Part shown: positions 51,144 to 62,240 of the stretch, piece by piece
Layout: each line of letters begins with the position of its first letter
Position numbering within the stretch: the first letter of the stretch is position 1
Source: Tubulanus polymorphus
Lineage: Eukaryota; Animalia; Nemertea
Direction of reading: 5' to 3'
Length of the DNA stretch: 64,000 nucleotides
Assembly: GCF_964204645.1 (NCBI RefSeq)
Contig: NC_134027.1
Location: 12,990,485 to 13,054,484 of the forward strand
The notes under the pieces: model-generated
Told to the model about the DNA's origin: nothing
The model's input: the letters and a program-made list of their open reading frames with translations, nothing else
Database searches by the model: none
Position numbers and translations under genes: made by a program

Positions 51144-52130
51144 AGTAATTGGGGAATAGTTGTTTCAGATCAAAGGTCGAAGGGTCGAGCTCGTAAAAAA
51201 TAAAAATAAATTCTCGCACTCGAATTTATTTTTAATTTTTTACTCACTCGCCCCTCCAACCTTTAACCTGAAACAACTATTCCCCAATTACTCTTAAAAT
51301 TTCATGTTTTAAAAGTGAGAGTAAAATGTTAGCATAATAATCTAGAAAAATAAGATAAAATATAGATTTCGACTAAAAAAACAATTTTCAATATAAAAAG
51401 TAACGAGTAATTAACGAGTGAAATAATTTATATTTAAATCATTGAATATTTATATTTATATGTGTTAAATTCTTATTTTCAATATAAAAAGTGTGAGTAA
51501 AGTGTGAGTGAAATAATTCATATTTAAAACATTGAATATTTATATTTAAAATGAGTTTTAATAAAAGTTTTGTTATAAAAATGAAGAAAGAAGAAGAACC
51601 AAAATTCAAAATCGAAATAAAAAAAACTAATAAATTATTTTCACAATTTAACATTAAAAATTATATCTCAGCAACAAATCTAGTGCATGAGAGGCATTAT
51701 AAAATCGATAATATTACTTAGATTACTATGATTAATAAAATATTATATTATAAATATTCAAATAAGATATTTCTAATTACTTTTAATTTTCTTTCTTTAA
51801 ATAAATGGATGGTTTCATTCCAACTGGGAAAAGTGATTTAACACATTATCTTGTAGCAGGAGGATTAATTTTGGTCGCGCTTTTCTTTTACTATGAAAAT
51901 ATCATTAAAGATATGATGAATGAAAACGTAAAATTGAGTAAAAAGTTAAAGAAGTTAAATGGAAACAATCACAATAAAAAAGTTAATGATTTAAAAGAAT
52001 TAGAGGATTATAACAGCATCTTTTAATTTAATTTATTTTACATATTTTAACTATAAAAATGAGTGAGAGTAAGGTATTAGAAATATTACATGTAATATAT
52101 AAAAATCAACAGAATATTAAATCAATTATT
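51144..52130 (+). mobile_element. Hairpin-terminated AT-rich element, copy C (truncated), with a Polinton-like terminus
   Basis: 149-bp palindrome 51144..51292 (AGTAATTGGGGAATAGTTGTTTCAG...CTGAAACAACTATTCCCCAATTACT), subterminal repeats, and ORFs at 51581, 51805 and 52059. Homologous in inverted orientation to 55649..58155. Confidence 0.75.
51805..52026 (+). CDS. Small TM plus coiled-coil protein of the hairpin element
   Basis: MDGFIPTGKSDLTHYLVAGGLILVALFFYY...; intact homologue at 55985..56218; TAATTTTCTTTCTTTAAATAAATG start. Confidence 0.65.
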   Translation: MDGFIPTGKSDLTHYLVAGGLILVALFFYYENIIKDMMNENVKLSKKLKKLNGNNHNKKVNDLKELEDYNSIF

Positions 52131-53064
52131 AGTGTACGAGTGTACGAATGGTACGAATTGGAAGACTCGTACCATTCGTACACTGGTACACTTATACACA
52201 TTCAAAATTCTATAATAATTAGGGTTTTCTGTTTCTTCACAGAAAACCCTATTGAAATTTGCGTGATTATTATCTTTTTTTTCCCTTTTCCACACAGTTT
52301 TTGTTAAAAGTGTAAAGGCTTCCTTACCTTACCGCTGTCGCCGATACAATCCGTATGATATCCTTCAGCTCACTTCAATCTCCAGATACTGCATGGATAT
52401 TTTGATAAATCCACGTCATAAAGGCACTGTCGAGCCGTAAACATCGGAAATTTGGCTCCGTTCAATTAGTAGCCATGTTGTGTTTTCTTTCCGAAATTTC
52501 TCTCATCTTTATGAGGAAGAGCTATCGAATTATTCCCTCTCTTCTCCACAATCAATTTCTAAGTCAATTTTATGAATTTATTGCTCAGCGGGTCCGAGTC
52601 CAATAGTTTACGAGTCCGGCGTTCGCGTGTCTGACAGGTTTACGGGCATTTGTTTGTTACCTCTTTAATATTTTTGATTTCTTGTTATTCCGGTTATTTC
52701 ATTTAAGTATATTGCTGATCAGTTCATGTAACCAAAAGCGTCAATAAACAGATTTTGAATTGATCAAGTTTAAATCAAGGTCGTTGAGTCGTGGAGGGCT
52801 ACTAGAATTACGGTGCAGAATTACGTTCGTCTCAGAGAGAAAACAAACGACAGAAAAGTATCAGGTGATTATCGATAGCCTACTACAGTACACACAGTTG
52901 ACAAACAGTGTTAGGCCTGTGCCGGTTGGTGCGTACTGGGAATAAATATACTGGTTGGTCAGTTGGTTCGGTTGTGAAGTGTGGAAGCTAAGAAGAAAGC
53001 CTACCGGTATCTATTTGTCTATAGGCCTATTATATAGTAGCCAAAACCATCTTTTAAGTACGAA

Positions 53065-53387
53065 GTTGTTACGCGTACGTGACTGTATGGTGATCTCCAC
53101 AGGTTAACCGTACGTGAGTTCCCTAAAAATGCCGTACGTGAGTTCCTATAATCTGCAAACGCGCATGCGTGAAAGAATAGTTTGGGTTAGGTGAGGCTAG
53201 GCTATTTGTAAATCAAATTTCATCCACCCTGCAGTTACGTTCTGTGGCACCTTGGGTAAATCACTGGACTACAACTGGATTTTTTTTCGTTTGGTTTCGA
53301 ATCCCAATATTGCAAGTCTGAGCGTCAACGTACTCACATACGGCTAACCTGTAGAAATCACCGTACAATCACGTACAGGTAACAACA
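53065..53387. mobile_element. MITE-like element with long imperfect TIRs
   Basis: GTTGTTAC..GTACGTGACTGTATGGTGATCTCCACAGGTTAACCGTACGTGAGT pairs with ACTCACATACGGCTAACCTGTAGAAATCACCGTACAATCACGTAC..GTAACAAC. Confidence 0.6.
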
Positions 53388-55648
53388 GCATTTTAAGTAT
53401 TAAGTGAGTACGACAAGCCTACCATGTACTTTTTTTTTTGTACAAATTAATTTTATTAAACAAGTCAATGATATACAAAATAAATACATGCTAAGGTCCA
53501 GAGAACATTACAAGCAATTATGCCTATGTACTACAAACACAACTTTTTTCCTCTCGTCGGCCCTACAGTGATGTTACTATAACTGGTGCAATTATAACAT
53601 GGATTGGATTTGGTCAGGACTAGCCTAAAGTCTAATTCAGTCTTTGTACTAATTCACTCGATAGGCCTATTTTTAAAACAATACAGTGAAGCATTCACAC
53701 GCAGAAAGGCGAATTGATTTGAGCCATGTGATTAAATTTGGCCAGGCCTTCTCTGACCTGCTGACATTAATAGTCAAACCAAAACGTTCATGTGGTCACG
53801 GCTTGTATACCAGAAATCGTTGTAGGCCTGTACATTTTGCTGTTCGTAGGTTTAGTATACCGATTTCTCCATACTTGACTGATAAGTGCTGCTGTACGCA
53901 TTATACAATTGTTCCAATGGGAATAGGGCCTATTTATTGGGCTTATTATTTCCTGCTTTAGAATACTGAAATAAGCCCAACGTTCAATGAATGAATATTT
54001 TGCAGTTCAAATGGGTATGATGCTGATTCCAATGTCAAAAACATGAAGTTAGATGGTCAAGGACAGTCAACACCAAGATATCTCTCTTCGACCGATGTTG
54101 CACCATAGAAAATCTGATTCTTTCAACTCAAGGAAAGTGATTCAATACAATCGACATAACACTGGATTAGGTTTGCAGTAACTAACGGTTCATTTCATTT
54201 AGTCCTATGTACTTTTTAGCCAATTTGGATTTGATTGTAATTGAAACTCTGGAACTGTTAACAAAAGACAAGTTGAAAAAACACAAGTTATGCTTGATTC
54301 TCATGTTCAAATTTAATTCAAATTCAAATTTATTTTATTACATCATATTTACAAAGCATATACGCATTGGTTCATACAGTAATACAAATTAGGACAGAAC
54401 AAATATTATTACAGAATTTCCAAAAGGCAATGAATTTCTATAACTAAATGAACATTATTTTTCTAATAACTCGGATCAAGAGTGACTCTACCGTTTATTA
54501 GGAAACACACGCAACTAGTGGAATAGGTTTGATTTACACACATGTTGCAGGTATCAATTGTTTATCACTATAGAATTTGTAATCCATAAAAGCCAAAATC
54601 AACATCAGCCGGAAACCCAGACCAGATCAATTCATAATTTATTGATTGAACCTACACTACAATATATGTATTTATTCAAATATTTCAATAAAAACATTAA
54701 CTTCTTAAATCTATTTTAAATCATAGTACTTTCTAATCTGTAAATTCACTCAATCTATTGACTCAGCAGGTGCTTAAGATGAGTTCTTAATAGGGCAGAT
54801 CCATTTTTAAGCATGGTGATAATACAGTATCATGATGTTTGAATGCCAAAATAAATGCCTGGTCAAATAAATTAATATTTGTGATTGTACGTCCGCGTAT
54901 GTTCGGTTTCAAAGCTGAATCATATTTGACGTTTACACAGCATATTAGGTTCGAATCTGTCAATGCATTTTATTCTATGTATCGATATTTCAATTTACTA
55001 CAATTACCATCTTTCTGAATGGCTTTGCAGAAAACCTGTCATCGCTGCTTGGCAGCTATATTTCAAATTATGATTTTATTTTATAAATTTATATTCATAT
55101 ATGATATATTAATTCTTTACATAAACTAGAATAATTCAAGAGTGATACTAAGTTAGTTGGTTTATTGTTTTTCTAGTCAAATGTAAAGAAATTTTAAGTA
55201 AACAAGAATTGAATAAAAAACAATAAAAAAAACAATAGGTTTTTTTTATCTAATACTAACTTGTTTGAGCTATCGTTTTTCTAGTTGAATTTATTCAAAA
55301 TATTATTTAATCCTGTGAGCAAATAGAAACAATAACTAGTCTTAATTTAAAGATAAATATCATAATCTAGTGCTGCGTAAAGAATAAAAATATCCATCTG
55401 ATAGTTTTTATATATCACTATAAAAATAAATATATATTTGAATATAATTTGTACCTTTCCAGTGTTGAAATATATAATATATTAGCTGAAAATATAAAAT
55501 ATATAAGCTGAAAATATAAATTATATTAGTTAAAAATATGAATATGATAAATCTGTGAAGACATAGGGGTTATTTGAATATAAGACCCCCCTGTCGTACC
55601 CTCGTCCATCAATATGAAAATAGAAATTAATCTTTTTCATTTTCCAAC

Positions 55649-55951
55649 TTAATTTGAATTATGTAATTTATCATTTAGCTCATGAATATATTTATGATTC
55701 CTTAATTTTTTATTTTTATATCTTTTATTACAAATTTCACAACACTTAATATTATTAATTCTATCTGATAGATAATTCATGTTATCTTTTAATTCAGCGT
55801 ATCTAATTTTACAATTATCATAGAATTCTAATAACTGTTTTATACAATAAAATGAAAAAGAAACTAATCCTGTAAGCATAATAATTGATTTAATATTCTG
55901 TTGATTATTATATGTAAGGTGTAATATTTTTAATACCTTACTCCCACTCAT
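55649..55951 (-). CDS. Small TM plus C2H2-like Zn-finger protein of the hairpin element
   Basis: MSGSKVLKILHLTYNNQQNIKSIIMLTGLVSFSFYCI...CEICNKRYKNKKLRNHKYIH. The N-terminus matches the ORF at 52059. Confidence 0.6.
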   Translation of the reverse strand: MSGSKVLKILHLTYNNQQNIKSIIMLTGLVSFSFYCIKQLLEFYDNCKIRYAELKDNMNYLSDRINNIKCCEICNKRYKNKKLRNHKYIHELNDKLHNSN

Positions 55952-55984
55952 TTTTTATAGTTAAAATATATAAAATAAATTAAA

Positions 55985-56218
55985 TTAAAAAATGCTGTCT
56001 TGATCCTCTAATTCTTTTAAATCATTAACTTTTTTATTGTTATTTTTTCTGTAATTGTTTCCATTTAACTTCTTTAACTTTTTACTTAATTTCATATTTT
56101 CATTCATCAGATCTTTACTGATATTTTCATAGTAAAAGTAAAGTGCAGCTAATATTAAACCTCCAGCAACTAAATAATGTTTCAAATCACTTTTTCCAAT
56201 TGGAATGAAACCATCCAT
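55985..56218 (-). CDS. Small TM plus coiled-coil protein of the hairpin element (copy D)
   Basis: Intact homologue of 51805..52026; TAAATG start. Confidence 0.65.
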   Translation of the reverse strand: MDGFIPIGKSDLKHYLVAGGLILAALYFYYENISKDLMNENMKLSKKLKKLNGNNYRKNNNKKVNDLKELEDQDSIF

Positions 56219-56288
56219 TTATTTAAAGAAGAAAATTAAAAGTAATTTCAAATATCTTATTATATATTTGAAACATACAGCTTAATCT

Positions 56289-56900
56289 TATTTCAATATA
56301 TATTTATTATTCTTTTCATAATTGGTATGTTTAATTGTCTGATAATGCTTTGATTTATGTGATTTTAAATATTTACCTCCGCAATATCAATACACTTTCT
56401 CATTAGGATTGAATTTTCTTAATTCATCATCTAAATTACATTGAACTGCAACATCTTTATATGAATTATCATTAACTGATTCACTTTGAATTCCCATAGT
56501 TTCAATAGGAATGTCAGGGATATATCTTTTTTCTTCTACTCTGAAAAACATTACATAGCATTCTCTGAAAGGGCATTAACGAAAGTGTAAAAATAATGTT
56601 TTATGTGAATTTTCATTATTAAAAAGTGATTGCATTTCATCTGTAATTATTAAATGTTGATCTATTTCTTCAAATGTTGTGAATTTTGGAATTATTGTAT
56701 TGAATACGATTTCATCTTTTTCATTCGATAACTCTATCATTAGATAATGATTTTTAAATATTTATTCAGTAATATTATTCACTTGAAAACGAAAACGTCC
56801 AATTTTAATCAAATCTTTAATAGGAACAAAATTTCTAATTGTAAAATATTTTTCTAATTCATTTAAATCGATATCTTTGAACTGTTGTATCTGTTCATTC
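56289..56900 (-). pseudogene. ~200-codon pseudogene with a C-terminal viral-type C2H2 finger
   Basis: Manual translation: QQFKDIDLNELEKYFTIRNFVPIKDLIKIGRFRFQVNNITE*...KVY*YCGGKYLKSHKSKHYQTIKH, three in-frame stops. A divergent homologous start lies at 51581 (FSQFNIKNYISATNL..YKIDNIT). Confidence 0.55.
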
Positions 56901-57063
56901 AGTTATTAGTCACTTTTTTATTAAAATTTATATTTTCATCAACTCATCAATTACTCGTTACTTTATATGTTTAAAAATAAGAATTTAACACATATAAATA
57001 TTCATTTTTTAAATATGAATTATTTCACTCACACTTTACTCCCACTTTTTATGTTTAAAATTA

Positions 57064-57939
57064 CAGAGATGCTAGGGCCAAAGTACCAAAATTCCGGAAT
57101 TTAGAACGGGGGTCAGAAAAATTCTCCCCCAGGAAAAATTTTGCGTTTTTGCATCACCGGAGATGCAGTTTCACGATCGGCATCTTTCATCTGAAAATAC
57201 GACGGCAGGCATTCGTTGTGCTTCACATCCCTCGCTGCCTTCTTATGCCGCGCGCTATCCGGGTGACGAAGAATATCTTTTTTCCCGCCACTACCGTATT
57301 TGACCTGGTCTTTACAAACGACGCAGTACGCCATGCCTGCTAAGTCTAACTTACGAATGTAGTTCGATAAGTAGTCCCCGTTACTGTCCTTACACTCTAG
57401 CCAGTGCCAGTTAAATTTATTTTTTATACCGCTGTCAATTGCCTTTATATCGGCAGACTCCCAACTGACAATCTTTCCGTGCGTGCTCATTTTGCAGACC
57501 GTCCCGCTTGACAGCTGCAGGCAAAAAGAAAGTTACAAATCTGCGTGCCTCAGGACATAGCACGCGCATGGTTAAGATGATATTTATTAAATATCATCTT
57601 AATTATTACCACGTGCATCTTCACATTGTTGGCCGTCAGCGGGACGATGTACAACGGCGCGTAAAGATAATTTGAAATGGCGTCACAACAGTGGCGCTCC
57701 ACCTACGCATGCACAGATACCACCACAAGCACACATATATACATTGTAGCAGAACATCCTCGGAAACGGAGACCAAGATAAAATAACACAGAAGCGACGA
57801 CGAGTACAAGCAAACGAATGCTTTTACGGTCCGTGCCATTACTGGTCGCCGCGAGGAATTCTCACCAAATTTCCGGAATTGACATCGGCGATCCTAAATT
57901 TCCGGAATTCCGGATATTTCCGGAAAACTAGCATCTCTG
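57064..57939 (-). mobile_element. Internally deleted hAT-type transposon inserted in copy D
   Basis: TIRs CAGAGATGCTAG / CTAGCATCTCTG; imperfect 6-bp flank AAATTA/AAATTG; ORF 57113..57490 has KNKFNWHWLE and BED-like CVVC..H..H. Confidence 0.8.
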
Positions 57940-60765
57940 AAATTGATTTTTTATTGCTGAAATCTATATTTGATCTTATTTTTCTAGATAATTATGCTAA
58001 CATTTCACTCTCACTTTTAAAACATGAATATTTTAAGAGTAATAGGGAACAAGTTGTTTCAGGTTAAAGGTTGAGAGGGTGAGTTCATAAAAAAAGAAAA
58101 ATTTCATTTTTTATGAACTCGACCTTTGATCTGAAACAACTTATTCCCCATTACTTACCCCCTACTACAATTGAGGAATAGAAACTATGTTTAACTCTGA
58201 TTTTGCCATGAGTGACACACTTGACCACAGTACATCCTTACACCTATGCCTGTCAATGAACAAAACTTAATCTGATAGATAGGGCTTTCAAAATTATTTG
58301 GAAAACCAGTTGCAGACAAAAAATGGCAGAAAAAAAGCAATCTCAAAAAGCAAATGATACAGCGAAAAAAGCCAGCAATAATGTATAGGCCTACATGAAA
58401 TTGCATATTCTTAATCTTAGAAATATCAAATTAATTGATTTAAATTGATAGTGTTAGTGATTGGCAAGTAACTGTTGATAATTGGTAAGCAGCCAGCTTA
58501 AGAACACATAATTGCTATTAGGCTACTCAAACTAATTGTCTCTGCAAGTCTCTCTGTGAGTTCACCGAACAAAGTTTTTCACCTTGTGTATATAAAATTT
58601 TCTAATAGTCTAGATAAAAAGATCCAGAGCATCGCGATGTGCTCAAAACGAAACAATCCATCGAATAAACACTACCAGCTTCAAAACGGCAGTCGCTAGA
58701 ATGATTGGCAGTAGTTTGGAAGGCAGCCAATTTCCTGGAAACTAAAACTAGTTTTCACACGATGCACACTGACTGCAGTACATTTAAATATAACCACTGA
58801 TCAAATGAGCCACTATCATTGATATCATATGAGATATTTCATAGCCGTCGGAGGATTCTTACTAACAGTCGGATGCGACGGCTTATTTTGAAAGCCCTGA
58901 CTCATTACTCGAGGGCAGGAGGGCGGACCTACGGCAAGTGATGAGGGCACAAGGGCGGCTATTTAGGGGGGCAGGGTGGACCGCCCCTCCATTTTTGGCT
59001 AGATGAAGCACATAATGTGCCAATCTGGCTAATGAGTAAATTGTAGTTGATTGAATAACACACTCTGCACAGGTATTGTTCAAAATTAACTCTCATAAGT
59101 ACCCGTGAACACTAATTAAAATAGGAAGAAACCTGTGTTGCCCAATGACACATCATGACCTGACCCTCCCTATTGTAAACACCTATAGTTCAAAGGTCAA
59201 GCCACATTATTAGAGAGTTAGGCCTAGGTATGGGACCCCTCGGTTTTGAAAGGACAGGGAATAAATTTATTTCCTTAAAATATTTTTAGCGAAAATTATG
59301 CGAAAATGTATGAACAACACCCAAAAATAATATAGTACTGGGTAGGATATACTTGTCGTGAGCTTGGATTTACCATTGATGATTTTCATATCACATCATC
59401 AAAAATATACTAGTTAGTTCTCGTCTGGAATGGATTTAAAGAGACATTCACTGCTTAGCTATTTATATATCTACTGTTTACTTCTGAGAATGAGGCCAAC
59501 ACTGTAGCTCTAATGCATAATACAGATAGGATTTGTCGTGGTAAATTCTCATTAAGCACCCATTAAAAAGGAATTCAGCTAAACGAGGGAGGTAAGAATC
59601 CCCTCAGTAAAATTCCACTCCAAGAACATTTCAAAGCAAGATATTTCTCAAATTCTATTCATTCGCAATAAAACTATACATATATATATATAATATATAT
59701 TTGAACTCTGCAATAAAATCTTTCGTAATGAATTTGTAATGAATTCTTAGAATTGAATAGAAATAATGAATTTTTCATTTGTAATGTTTAAAATACTGGA
59801 ATATTTATGAACTGTGAACTCTTATTAACATGTGGTATATTTCACCGTGAGATTATTACAAATAATGAAGTTAGTGATGAATTTAACTGCGATATATTTG
59901 AGCTGCGCCATAACTTAAAGTAGGCCTATTAATTCAGTATGAATGAAAGTTAGTTTGTAGTATTTCTTAATTCAAATTGTACAATAATTTGTACTCTCAT
60001 CTTATTCTGATATCATACCGTAGGCCTACAGTAAAATATGAATAAATTGACCTGAAGATTTACTACACTCCATTCAAAAGGTGGATGATTTTTTATTAAT
60101 TTTAGAGTTGCAGGCACAGATCACGAGGAGGGGTTTCAGGGGTCTTGCCCCCCTGCTCAGCTACCAAAAAATTTAAGCCATTTTCCTGAAGGAATGTACT
60201 CAAGACAAAGCAGGCGCACAGTACTGGCACATTATTGGTAGGCCTACCATATCATCTTATGATTCGAACAATATGCCGTATAGACCCTATCAGAGATTTT
60301 ATCAGCGGTTTAACATTAACATTCCTTATGAACTCCCTCCTGGAAAAAATCCTGGATCTTCGTCTGAGTTGGGGATTATTACCAAGTAGTCAGGGATATG
60401 GAAGGTCAAAATTTTATATTCGTTTTCTTCGTCTGTTATATGGGCAAATTATACATCCACGGTAAAAAGTAACATCGACAGTCATCACTGAGTATGTTGT
60501 CACCCTTGACAACTGGTGCAATTTTGCACAATGCTGTTACCCAGGTTACAATTGACTAAAATGACGATTATTTCATCACTTTTTCTGGAAATTATTTCCT
60601 TCATAACTCAAAACCAGATTGAGATAATGTTTCAATTCCAATGGTTAGCGACAGCTTACCTATTGTTCTTTTGTTTGATGACCAAAAATATATCATCTAA
60701 CACACTTGGATGCCTTTATATTTAAGATTTAGTCAGTTTTCCCCATTTTTACTCATAATGGCCAA

Positions 60766-62240
60766 ATGGTGAGTTCCGGAAAATCCATCAGTCACCCTTA
60801 GCAACCGAGCAATGAGAACTTGACATGAAGCAAGGAGTTACTCTGCCACGTTCATATATGAATGATAAATCCTGTGTTCACTTCATTCAACGCATTGCTG
60901 ATGTGATGGTGGACAAGTTAAAACAATCAATTGCAGAAAAAGTGCCGGGATCATATATTTCTGTTATGTTTGATGGATGCAGTGATAAATCTTTGGCCGA
61001 GCGTGAAATAGTTTGTATAAAGTATCTAGATAAGACTGGAACTCCTACAACAAAGATTATTTGGTAAGTACAATGAATAATTTGTAATCATGGTTCTATT
61101 ACAGACATGAAAATTTATTGTTTAAGACAGTCTTAAATTTTTGTTATTCACATTTCTTAATTGTGATTAAATTAGTAGAAAGGCAAATTCTAGAACAAAT
61201 GTGTACAAATTGCTTACTCACACTAGTAGGCCTAATTAATATTTAATTACTATCATGGATCAATTGCATCTTTGGTGTTAGTTAAAGTCTTTTATTATCT
61301 TTAGTATGGTCTACTAAATCAAAGGGTCTAATTAACTGTTTGCCAATTTATTTTCACTAATCAGTTCTTGTATGAATAATACACCGATAAAAATAATCAG
61401 TATTCTCTAAAAAATAATCGGGGTGGACAGTACTTTAATTTTTTATTCCTATCATTATTGTCCCTTTAATTTCTTTCAGTGTCCAGCAGCCAGAAACCAG
61501 TACAGCTATGGGTGTTAAACAAGTTATCGATATAGCATTTGAAAAACTGAACATTGACCCAACCAAGCAACTTGTTGGTGCATCAGCTGATGGTGCTGCA
61601 GTGAACTTAGGAAGTGTGAATGGCGTTCTAACTTTGTATACAAATAACTTAGAGTGGCTGATATTCATTCACTTCGCTGCACACAGGTTAGAATTGGCGA
61701 TAAAAGATGCTTTCAAGGCAACATACTTCCAGGAGGTGAGACATTCCATAAGCTTCTTTATTTAAACAATAATAAAGAAACCAGTAAGGTCCTCCTTCTG
61801 TCTAGCAGTGACTTTAACAATATCAACATTTTTCAACACCCGTTCCCCAAGTATGTCATCCATCTGCACATTTGAATGAAAAGCCATTTAACTTTTTAAC
61901 ATAGGCCTATCAACTTGTTGCAGAGAATCTAATCTAAATGTTCATCTGTGGCCGCGTCAGAGCAACACTGCCCTGGGTGCATATGCAAACAAGGAGATTA
62001 CGGCTGTGTACATTTTGCTGAAATCCTGAAAAGTAATGGATGCGCTACCGAGAGAGTTTTAACAGAATGGGTTAAACTAAAAGATTTTATTCGCAGAAAC
62101 TGGCTATCGCGCTTCAGTGATAAAAAAACAGGTGTAGCATCACTCTGGAAAATGGTAATTCAAAGCCAGTTATCTGATACAAGTATTGAATATATTAATG
62201 TGCTGCATGTGATACAAATTCTCCTAGTTTTACCCGTTGC
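60766..62240 (+). pseudogene. Spliced hAT (ZNF862-like) transposase remnants
   Basis: YMNDKSC..FI, YISVMFDGCSDKS..E, GASADGAAVNLG, IHFAAHRLELAIKDA (CxxH position), and EWVKLK...ILLVLPV, separated by GT..AG introns. Confidence 0.75.

Larger units (their letters stand above)
55400..58155 (-). mobile_element. Hairpin-terminated AT-rich element, copy D (left boundary uncertain)
   Basis: Palindrome 58038..58155 ending ...CTGAAACAACTTATTCCCCATTACT. Same order as copy C: hairpin, subterminal repeats, ORF0, ORF1, ORF2. Confidence 0.75.

Noticed and set aside
51144-58155. C and D as the two TIRs of one intact 7-kb element
   Set aside because: Flanks differ (CCTGGC versus TACCCC, no TSD), the arms are clearly diverged with different ORF0 sequence, and the middle is unrelated host/TE DNA. 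Two independent truncated copies is more parsimonious, though not proven.
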